Below, piece after piece: positions 8,485 to 17,133 of a DNA stretch of 17,133 bases. How positions within the stretch are numbered: position 1 is the stretch's first letter; every line of letters starts with the position of its first letter. The DNA comes from Octopus sinensis (taxonomy: Eukaryota): positions 1-17,133 of the forward strand of contig NW_021824927.1 in NCBI RefSeq assembly GCF_006345805.1, given 5' to 3'. A program made the translations under genes and the position numbers. The notes beneath the pieces were generated by a model. That model was not told the DNA's origin, searched no databases, and was given only the letters and a program-made list of their open reading frames with translations.

Positions 8485-10170
8485 CTTTCTTTATTGGCCA
8501 CTCAGGGCTGGACACAGAGGGAACAATTACAAATGTAGAGCTTTTCTTTTCGAAGATGGAAAAGGAAAAAGAAAGAAAAAAAGGAAACAAATCTAAAATT
8601 TCGATCAAAAAGGATCAGGAGAAAAAAAAGAACAATCAAAAGGGATCATGTATCACAGAAGGAAATTTTTTTTTCCAAAGTAACAAACAAGATTAGGTTC
8701 ATCCGTGAAAAGAAAAGCCTACAGAAAAGACCACGGTAACCTCAGACAGGGAGGAAATAAACACATGAGAGCAAAGTGTTCTCTCTCTCTCTCTCTCTTT
8801 TTTTACGATTTACAGGGTCATGCTCAAAATGGTTTCGTCACTCGCACGCACCATCTTTGCAACATTCACCCATCTTTTTTTGAATCTTTCACGAGACAAA
8901 ACTTGCATTTCCATTCTCACCTTCCTTTTCAAGTGGTACTTGAAAAGTTGATGAGCGATTGGCCAGAGAGGTAAGTGTTTGTCTCTAATCCTTTCGCTCG
9001 AGTCCACCACATACATTCTTTCACCATAGCCACCAGTACAATGAAGACTGCCTTGCCTTCCCGGTTGAGGGAGGGGGGTGCAATTTCCACGATAGACTCG
9101 ACCGACAGGCGGACTCGTACCACACGTGACAGCAGCCGTTCGGCATAAGTCCACAGGTCCGAAATGGATGGACACTGCACGAGTGCGTGCAGAACAGTTT
9201 CGTCGCTCTCCCGCATCTCGGGCAGGTCGGTCCAGTGTGTCTCGAACCGTGCCTGTAGACCTTATCCCGAACAGTTAATGCTTCTCGATAGCACTGCCAG
9301 GCCAGAGATCTTTGGTGAATGTCCATAGGTCCCGGCCCGAAAGTTGTCCTGAACAGGCGGGTCAGGTGTCTCTCGTCGACGCCCAGATTCTGCCCGAGAA
9401 CGTCGTCGCACCTCCCCTCCACTAATCCTCTATAGAATGCTTTTGTTGTGATAGAGTCGCACAAGTTTGATCCCGGACGGCATAGTTGCTTGAGAGCAAC
9501 GCGACCCTCGCGGTGCCATTCGCCTAGCCTCGGTCTCTGTTTGATCCACGATTGTAGTTCGGCCAAGGAGACGAGCTGCGGGAAAGCGCGTCGTACAAAA
9601 GGCGGCCACACCTGTTCACCATCGTCTATGAAGCGCCGGAGATGTCGCAGTCTCAGCGCATGTCTGCGCATCATCAACCACGGCATGCCTAGCCCTCCAT
9701 TTAGCGGGTGTTGACAGCATTTGGATCGCCTAACCATCGGAACGCTTCCCTTCCACAGGAAGCGGAAGAGTATGCGTTCCAGTTTGGTGATGGTAGGGTC
9801 GGGACAAGGCACGACGGTCAGGCACTACTCGATGACGGATGCGATGTACGCGTTCGCCACCTCCACCCGACCTTTTAGGGATAGCTTCCTCTCAGCCCAT
9901 TGCTGGGTGAGAGTACCCACCCTAGTCGTTATTTCGCCCCAGTTCTACCCCATTTGGAGGTCCGGACCGAACCAGACTCCGAGCAATTTAACCGGTTCGT
10001 CGGTCCAGTGTCCCACGATGGAGATGCTGGTGAACGGCATGGGCTTGCTTCTCCAGGTGCCGAGCCGCAAGCCCACTAACTTTTCCCGGTTAATTTTTGC
10101 TCCCGTTACGGCTTCGTATTCTTTTAGTGTCTCGCCGACCAGGTCGATGTGCCTTTGACTCGACACTATG
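8484..10170 (-). mobile_element. 5'-truncated Tx1/L1-clade non-LTR retrotransposon
   Basis: Minus-strand ORF2 remnant plus a ~325-bp T-rich 3' UTR with AATAAA (8490-8495 on -) running directly into (ATCT)n. The 5' end also abuts (ATCT)n. Confidence 0.9.
8810..10170 (-). pseudogene. Disrupted ORF2 (RT C-terminal part + zf-RVT CCHC knuckle) of the Tx1-like LINE
   Basis: Motifs: IIVSS..YEAVTGAKINREK, VKLLGVWF, W..RKLSLKGR, LFRFLWKG, CCQHPLNGGLGMP, CPRCG/ESDETVLHALVQC, ending ETILSMTL*. In-frame stops at ~9946 and ~9825, and frameshifts near 9213 and ~8940. The truncation falls just after where the YADD motif would be. Confidence 0.88.
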
Positions 10171-10178
10171 ATAGATAG

Positions 10179-10239
<61 letters not shown>

Positions 10240-10246
10240 GAGAGTG
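10170..10246. repeat. (GATA)n then (GA)n microsatellite
   Basis: Direct reading. Confidence 0.96.
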
Positions 10247-10289
10247 AGAAAGAGGTATATTGGACCATGAATATCCCTGGCATATAAAA

Positions 10290-10460
10290 TATGGGATGGC
10301 CATAGCCCGGAAGATCTTTGATTATATGCAGACCTGATCAAGTACGGCTGACCTGAGTTGAAGCAATGACGACAATCAGATGGTCAGAGCTGGAAAGAAA
10401 AAGACATGATCAAAAGCCATGTTCTAACATGGCTGACCTGTGCCTCAACAACAATAACAG
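10290..10460 (+). mobile_element. Two tandem degenerate 3' tails of the old SINE-like family
   Basis: GATGG.CA.AGC.GGAA...TGAT...GGCTGACCTG...CAA occurs twice (~10294-10375 and ~10378-10460) and is related to 14035-14118. Confidence 0.45.
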
Positions 10461-10697
10461 CAACAGCTACAATAGCAGCGTTTTCATTTCAAAATAGTTA
10501 TAAAAGTTGGATGTAATTATGTTAAAATAGTTGTCAAGTTTCCACTCACACTCACGCTTCACCACCTCCCCACCTCCACTTATAAACATGTCACTTGCAC
10601 TCAATCATTCGGTACAATCTACTCAACACAACAGCTTCATCTCTTCAAATTGCTTTTACTAAACAGTTCAACATTTCTTACGCTGTTTTTGTTGCTC

Positions 10698-10709
10698 ATT
10701 ATTACTATG

Positions 10710-10771
<62 letters not shown>

Positions 10772-10812
10772 CTATCATCATCATCTCATCATCATTATTA
10801 TTATTATTATTA

Positions 10813-10859
<47 letters not shown>

Positions 10860-10886
10860 GTTATTATTATTACTATTATTATTATT
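10698..10886. repeat. (ATT)n/(ATC)n microsatellite
   Basis: Direct reading; source of the poly-Y/poly-I pseudo-ORFs. Confidence 0.97.
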
Positions 10887-11584
10887 GCCATTTTCTTTTC
10901 TCTCGTTCTTCTGGGGTTTTTTCTATTATCACTTTGTCCTTGATACCATTACTTACGTACTTGCTTTCGTTTCTTACACTTATCACTCACTCGCGCACGC
11001 ACACACAACCACACACGCATAAACACACTTACACACACACGTCGCATATACACGCACGAATACACAAATACACACAGGCGTGTGTGTTTGTGTTTGTGAT
11101 TTGAGTTGACAGGGACAAGTTTCACCTGACGCTTTATTCAAAGCGAATATATCTAAACTATAAACTCTGTTGAACAGACAAATTCACATACACACAGAGA
11201 CAGGCATGTATTCATATATACATAAATGCATACATATATGCGTGTGCATGTGCGTGTGTGTGCATCTGCATGTGTGTGTGTGTGTGTGTGTAATGTATAT
11301 GCACACCCACGTCTACGTGTGTTGGAGTTTTAGAAGGTGAGTGGGAATTGTAGTAAAATGCTTCTGTCCCGCAAGTTTGCTTTCTATAAAGTTATACAAG
11401 ACGGGACACACCGGCCATTGTGCTCTCGTTGCCTTTATTGCATAACGATGTAATTACGATCATTCTCAGAAATGACATAAGAAGTCAAGGTAGATATACA
11501 GCTGGATCTCTTGGTAATGACAAGTTTGAATTTCTTACAAGGTGTCGCAATATCATTAGGTCAGCTGACGAGAATGAGTACACC

Positions 11585-11589
11585 ACACA

Positions 11590-11674
<85 letters not shown>

Positions 11675-11785
11675 TTCACGCTGACCACTTCATAAAATCA
11701 TTAAAGTGATTTTACTCTTAATTATATATATATACACGCACACGCACGCACACACACACACACACACATAGACACACACACACAA
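11585..11785. repeat. (CA)n/(TA)n microsatellites
   Basis: Direct reading; two tracts separated by ~45 bp of unique sequence. Confidence 0.92.
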
Positions 11786-11789
11786 ATAT

Positions 11790-12215
11790 TAGCTGAGTGG
11801 CAAGAAGCTTGCTTCCCAACCACATATTCCGGGGTCAGTTCCATTGCGTGGTACCTTGGGCAAGTGTCTTCTACTATAACCTTGGGCCAACTAAAGCCCT
11901 TGTGGATGGACTTGGTGGACGGAAGCCCGTCGCATATATACATTTACATATACATATACATATATGTATAATATATATATATTATATATATATATTATAT
12001 ATATATACGTGTATGTGTGTGTTGTCCTCCCACTATCGCTTGCCAATCGATGTTGGTGTCTTTACGTCCCTGTAACTTAGTGATTCAGCAAAAGGGACCG
12101 ATCAAATAACCGATCAATGTACTAGGCTTACAAAGAATAAGCCCTAAGGTCGATTTCTATCTAAAGCCCTGTTCCAGCATTGCCGCAGTCAAAATGACTG
12201 ATACAAGTAAAAGAA
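11790..12215 (+). mobile_element. tRNA-derived CORE-type SINE (octopus OR-like), near full length
   Basis: A box TAGCTGAGTGG, B-box-like GGGTCAGTTCC, CORE-like GTACCTTGGGCAAGTGTCTT, internal (TA)n and tail CAGTCAAAATGACTGATACAAGTAAAAGA. Collinear with the reverse complement of 15771-16136. Confidence 0.88.
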
Positions 12216-12410
12216 TTTATAATCAAGATGAATTCAAATCCCCGTAGTTTCGCAACTGAAGAATTTTCTGGCGACGACTTCACGCGTTTTGCCTGTGCGT
12301 AGAAGCAATAATTGTAGAGTATTTAATGGCGGAACTCGAAGCAATCAACCGAAGCTACTTCCGGGAACGAAGGCGGGAAACATTTGTCACAATATATTTC
12401 TTTTGCATTT

Positions 12411-12964
12411 TACTTTTTACTTATTTCAGGCATTGGACTGCGGCTATGCTGGGGCACTGCCTTGAAGGATTTCTCCCCACTACTTATTTACTTTTTAAAC
12501 CCGATACTTATTCAGCCGGTTTCTTTTGCCGGACCGCTAAGTTACGGAGACGTAAACAGACCAAATACACACGCACACACACACACACACACATACACAC
12601 ACACACACAAACATACACACACAAACACATACAAACACACACACAACACACATACACACACATACACACACACACAACACACACACACACACATACATAC
12701 ACACAAACACACACACACACCACGCTATAGTAGAAGATCAGCAGCCTGGAAGCCATTTTACTTGAGACACGACTACGTTGGGCAGGACACGTTGACAGGA
12801 TGAAAGACCACCGCCTACCCAAGATCATCATGCACGGTGAGATCACCACTGGCCACTGCAACAGGAGCATCAAAGAAGCGGGACAAGGACTGCCTGGAGC
12901 AGTTCCTTAGCGTTTGTGACGTTTGTGACACAATAGGACTGAACCCGGAACAACCACACAACCA
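12411..12964 (-). mobile_element. Same CORE-type SINE family, degenerate, interrupted by (CA)n and an RTE fragment
   Basis: 12411-12565 matches the SINE tail. GCTATAGTAGAAGA (12724-12737) and GGACTGAACCCGGAAC (~12937-12952) match the SINE head seen at 16035-16090. Confidence 0.8.
12734..12920 (+). mobile_element. 187-bp RTE-BovB-like fragment, inverted copy of 15032-15217
   Basis: Manual alignment to the reverse complement of 15032-15217 gives 4 substitutions + 1 indel. It encodes ..WAGHVDRMKDHRLPKIIMHGE.. Confidence 0.93.
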
Positions 12965-13328
12965 AAGATCCTGGAGGAACTTGTCCCAAACTTTAGCGTT
13001 GAAAGTTATACTAATATCAGAACAGTGCACCATTGCCAAATGTCCTAATCTTGTCTTTAGTATACAGAGTATACAAGTATTGCAATAGTTTGGGATTTAA
13101 GCCCAGCAGCTCTTTAATATCCTTCCGAAATATTCGAGTGACCTACACTGATTGAGTGAACATGTCTTTACAACAAAACGAGGTCTCCTGCTGTCAACTG
13201 TCCGGGATGAACCAACTTCACAGTAGGCATAATTAAAATGTATGCTTCGAAATGCATTTTATGTTAAAGCATTTCAGATCATATTAAACAAACTTGTTTG
13301 CATGAATAAGAAAGTAGAGAGTAGAAAT

Positions 13329-13454
13329 TATATACATGCATATGCATGTATGTATATATGTATATGTGTACGTATGTATTTATGTATATATGTATGTATG
13401 CATATGTATGTATGCATATAATATATATGCATGTATATATATATATATATATGC

Positions 13455-13521
<67 letters not shown>

Positions 13522-13580
13522 CGAGTGTATGTACGTAAGTATACATATGTGTGTGTGCGAAAAGTTTTATGTGTGTGTGT
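13329..13580. repeat. (TA)n/(TATG)n/(TG)n compound microsatellite
   Basis: Direct reading. Confidence 0.94.
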
Positions 13581-13939
13581 GCGTTCATGCGCATGATGCC
13601 AAACGCATTTATTTACATATCCTCGAAAGAAAGTGTAAATAAGTTCATTGACTCACGCACGTATGTATAATAAACAATTTTGTGCGTTTGAACGTTTCTG
13701 ATTCTTGTAGCCTTATTGTGCAATCTGTTGCCAGCCCTAAGCTTTTGTTAGACACACCTTGTTTATCAATAGCAGAAACTATAAAAGTTGAATGATAAAA
13801 GATTAAGGAAACTTTGAGATCAATGTTCAGAAATTATGATGTGTGACGAAAATGTAAAGAAAATAATACAGTTTTAGGGAAAAAGTTTATTTTGAAGTAA
13901 ATAGCTGTATAGATTGTGAAAGAACCACTAGCTGGCTAT

Positions 13940-14118
13940 CGGATGCGCTAGAAATAACACTTAAATTCCTTTGAAACTGCTCCCTACCATTTTGCATAAA
14001 GTCTTACATACACTTTATGACAGAAATAAGTTGGGTGGGTCATGGATAGAACGGCTTGATAAAATCCTTTAGAATTACTTCATCATAACTGACCTGGGGC
14101 TAAACACTGTCAACAACC
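13940..14118 (+). mobile_element. Old degenerate interspersed repeat (same family as 6826-7005)
   Basis: GCTAGAAATAAC...GGGTGGGTCATGGATAGAA...CTGACCTGGGGCTAAACA..CAACAAC. Confidence 0.45.
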
Positions 14119-14149
14119 AATCTGGTTACATGGGATTAAGAAGTTGCCC

Positions 14150-14411
14150 TTATCGTCGACCGGACTGTCGATTACATGTCCATATAGATCGCTGGTCAAA
14201 TTGCGACTCAGCCCCTCCTTAGATTGCACCTTCCCTTTTATTTGGGTTGCAGCTGTTTGATTATGTCCCTTACCCATAAGTGTTTAGGTCTTACAAGTAG
14301 TTCCTTCCGATTTCTTTTAGAGGTACAATTGCTGTCTTTGAGTCTTGTAATATAATCTGGGTCAGAGAAAATTGTGCTTACGGTATTCCTCAATCACATT
14401 ATTTACCTCGT

Positions 14412-14491
<80 letters not shown>

Positions 14492-14720
14492 CATATTCTA
14501 AACACAGATCTTTCCCCGACCCTCTGTTCTTCCTTCTTCCAAGAAGCCTACAATTCACTTGCATACAAAAGTGTAGGTCGGACGATAGTATTGAAGAGAT
14601 TGGCATGTAGGCTCTTGCCCCTCTGTGTGTTAAACACATTTTAATAGCGGCAAAATGTCTTCCACTTTGCTCTTCCGAATAAGTCTCCAGTTCAAGAACG
14701 ACAGAGTTCAACAATAGATC
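14150..14720 (-). mobile_element. Old, heavily decayed RTE-clade LINE 3' fragment (RTE-1-like), split by (CT)n
   Basis: Minus-strand translation gives KSLHANLFNTIVRPTLLYASEL*ASWKKEEQR (~14520-14615), then NVIEEYRKH../DYITRLKDS../RNRKELLVRPKHLWVRDIIKQ (~14250-14400). These match the RTE post-RT motifs LLYASETW, WAGH..R and KRP.GRP..RW.D.I. Confidence 0.7.
14414..14486. repeat. (CT)n microsatellite
   Basis: Direct reading. Confidence 0.98.
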
Positions 14721-14726
14721 TTGTAA

Positions 14727-15602
14727 TCTCTTGGCATTGCTTCGCTGACGAAGATTAAGAAGGCTGTACACTCGTTCGTCTGTACACTCGTTCGTCTGTA
14801 CACTCGTTCGTGGCTGATAAGGCCGATGTGGGATCGACATATCCGATTTCAGTGATGACAGGGGTATGGTTGTGCAGGGTCTGATGATGCAACTGCATTA
14901 TTTTTTCGCCTCTGGCGTTTGTCTTCAAGAGTGGCACTGCGAGCGATCTCAAAGAAGGAAACAACATCGCTGATGGTATGGCATCAAGCAACACGGTCAG
15001 CTGTTAGAGTGGAACACTCACGATAATCAATGTCACAAACGCTAAGGAACTGCTCCAGGCAGTCCTTGTAACGCTTCTTTGATGCCCTGTTGCAGTGGCC
15101 AGTGGTGATCTCACCGTGCATGATGATCTTGGGTAGGCGGTGGTCTTTCATCCTGTCAACGTGTCCTGCCCAACGCAGTCGTGTCTCAAGTAAAATTGCT
15201 TCCAGGCTGCTGATCTTTGCTCGCTCGAGGACCTCAGCGTTGTTAATATAGTCACTCCGGTAAATGTTGAGGAAAGTACTGAGGCAACATTGATTAAAAT
15301 GTTCAAGGAACCTTGGATGACAGCGGTAGGGGACCCAGGACTCAGAGCCATATAGGAGCATCGTGAAAGCGACGACCCGGAAGACGCTGACTTTTGCGTT
15401 TGTCTTAAGATGCTTGTTCTCCCGCACAGTCTGCCAAATGCTTTGTTTGCCTTTGCAAGTCTGTTGCCAACTTCTTTGTTGATGCATGCATCTGAAGAGA
15501 TTGTACATCCAAGATAAGTGAACTGCTGTACCGACTTCAGTTCTGTTTCGGCAATGGTGATGTGGGGCGGGTGACGAGGTCTGCCAGCTCCTCAGACCTC
15601 GT
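14727..15602 (-). mobile_element. 5'-truncated RTE-BovB-like LINE (RT C-terminus to 3' end), disrupted
   Basis: Translation: HPPHITIAETELKSVQQFTYLGCTISSDACINKEVGNRLAKANKAFGRL / LLYGSESW / RLRWAGHVDRMKDHRLPKIIMHGE / KKRYKD / YPCHH*NRICRSHIGLISHER (terminal C2H2-like motif). A short 3' UTR ATCTTCGTCAGCGAAGC follows. Frameshifts and stops are present. Confidence 0.92.
14764..14811. repeat. Three exact tandem copies of the 16-mer CTGTACACTCGTTCGT
   Basis: Direct reading; lies at the end of the RTE ORF. Confidence 0.97.
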
Positions 15603-15770
15603 AATAGACTGCATAAAAATAAGACATAAGCGGTGTGAAAAGTGGAAGCCGAAAAGTGGAAGGAAGCGATGAATGAGTTCGTCTGCTTTGGACAGACAGT
15701 AAATGAGTGCCTCGACGTGAACGGAATTCTAAAAATGCATAGAAAAACAATGTTTTATGAAACAAATATA

Positions 15771-16136
15771 TACTCTTACTCATACTTGTTTCAGTCATTT
15801 GACTGTGGCCATGCTGGAGCACCGCCTTTAGTCGAGCAAATCGACCCCAGGACTTATTTCTTTGTAAGTTACGGGGACGCAAACACATTAGCATTGGTTG
15901 TCAAGCGATGCTGGGGGAACACAGACTTTTACACACACATACACACACACACATACACATACATATATATATACGACGGGCTTCTTTCAGTTTACGTCTA
16001 CCAAATCCACTCACAAGGTTTTGGTCGCCCCGAGGCTATAGTAGAAGACACTTGCCCAAGGTGCCACGCAGTGGGACTGAACCCGGAACCATGTGGTTCG
16101 TAAGCAAGCTACTTACCACACAGCCACTCCTATGCC
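15771..16136 (-). mobile_element. tRNA-derived CORE-type SINE (octopus OR-like) with an internal deletion
   Basis: On -: GGCATAGGAGTGGCTGTGTGGTAAG (A box), GGTTCAGTCCC (B box), GGCACCTTGGGCAAGTGTCTT (CORE-like), internal (TA)/(TG)n, tail AAATGACTGAAACAAGTA. About 40 bp are missing at ~15868 relative to the 11790 copy. Confidence 0.92.
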
Positions 16137-16453
16137 TACAATAATATGATAAAAATATAATCTAATATGATAAAATATAATATAAAAATACAATATAATA
16201 AAAATATATACAAAAAAGTAATAAAATTTTAAAACATTTATAAAATGAAAATATACAAACGACAATAAATTACGAATAGAAACAAAATAAATGTTGCGTG
16301 AAATACCGAATTCCTTTGACCAGATGACAAATGCTAACATCATACAGGGATAGTTTATGGTCGGTGTATGTATTTGTTGGAAGACACAGCTCTAACACAA
16401 GTAAATATCTTACGTATCGTTAATGACAATTTATTAGTGTTCAACTATTCACA

Positions 16454-16478
16454 TAGTAGTAGTAGTAGTAGTAGTAGT
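16454..16478. repeat. (TAG)n microsatellite
   Basis: Direct reading. Confidence 0.93.
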
Positions 16479-16860
16479 ATGTGCTCGTCTGCGCCCATGT
16501 GCTGTATGTAACACAGTGGAGTAGAAAACTGATTGTAAGTTCAAACTAATTTGCCGTCGAGGGTGGAGCGGACGATGATTTTTTTTTTTATTGCTTGTTG
16601 TAATTTAATTAAGAATTTTGTTCAGGTAGGATGTGTTCTAGTTTTGGGTGGTGACTGCGTACAGTGTGTGTTGTGTGGTTTATGTTGTAGTCTTTGGTGG
16701 TGGTTTCTACACCGAACTAGTTTTGATTCCCACAAAGAACTGTTTGACGTCACAGACTTCGTTAAAATCTTTCAGAAACACATGGACATAATGCAGTTCA
16801 TTTCCGTTATTTCTTTTGTAGATATTAAATAACAAATGATTTCATTATAGATCACATCCA

Positions 16861-16970
16861 TAATAAATAAATAAATAAGTAAATAAGTAAATAAATAAAT
16901 AAGTAAATAAATAAATAAGTAAATAAATAAATAAGTAAATAAATAAATAAAGAAAGAAAGAAAGAAATAA
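16861..16970. repeat. (TAAA)n/(GAAA)n microsatellite
   Basis: Direct reading. Confidence 0.95.
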
Positions 16971-16989
16971 AGGCCTTCACTCCTATCAA

Positions 16990-17069
16990 GCGTGGCTGCG
17001 TGGTAAAAAGCTTGCTTCTGAACCGCATGGTTCCGGGTTCAGTCCCACTGCCTGGTACCTTGAGTAAGT
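16990..17069 (+). mobile_element. 5' tRNA-like head of the CORE-type SINE (3'-truncated)
   Basis: A box TGGCTGCGTGG (16993-17003), B box GGTTCAGTCCC (17036-17046), start of CORE GTACCTTGAGTAAGT. Confidence 0.87.
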
Positions 17070-17133
17070 CCGTTGTGTGTATATGTATATATACATATTT
17101 ATTTACTTATTATTTATTATGGATGTGATCTAT

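Noticed and set aside
7985-8608. 207-aa and 170-aa minus-strand ORFs
   Set aside because: (ATCT)n/(ATCC)n translations.
9448-10158. Plus-strand ORFs of 88 and 145 aa
   Set aside because: Antisense shadows of the GC-rich Tx1 ORF2.
10595-11104. Poly-Tyr/poly-Ile ORFs
   Set aside because: (ATT)n microsatellite.
14764-14811. Short direct repeats as a possible CRISPR array
   Set aside because: Contiguous 16-bp units without spacers, inside a eukaryotic LINE.
14881-14910. CTGATGA as a hammerhead core
   Set aside because: No downstream GAAA or closing stems; it lies antisense within the RTE ORF.
16140-16290. Extremely A/T-rich stretch with a hydrophobic minus-strand ORF
   Set aside because: Low-complexity DNA with no definable unit or coding signal.
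16990-17069. Possible tRNA gene (A and B boxes)
   Set aside because: No complete cloverleaf, and it continues into the SINE CORE sequence shared with the other SINE copies.

Overview
AT-rich, microsatellite-dense eukaryotic non-coding DNA (intronic or intergenic). The SINE families and repeat landscape look like an octopus (coleoid cephalopod) genome; this is recognised from memory, not from a search. No intact host protein-coding gene can be supported, and most ORFs in the track are translations of microsatellites. Recognisable content: a 5'-truncated Tx1/L1-clade LINE embedded in (GATA)n (8484-10170, -); an RTE-BovB-like LINE fragment (14727-15602, -) abutting an older RTE fragment (14150-14720, -); a 187-bp inverted local copy of the BovB-like element inside a SINE (12734-12920); five tRNA-derived SINE copies of two families; and small fold-back elements in (TA)n/(CATA)n tracts resembling Penelope-like element termini with hammerhead-shaped motifs. 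The most unusual signal is a ~208-nt fold-back at 164-371. Its basal 29-bp helix has no mismatches, and all 7 non-Watson-Crick positions are G-U pairs on the + strand. It lies between a splice-acceptor-like site and AATAAA, which makes it a candidate long hairpin RNA (endo-siRNA/miRNA-like precursor or ADAR substrate).
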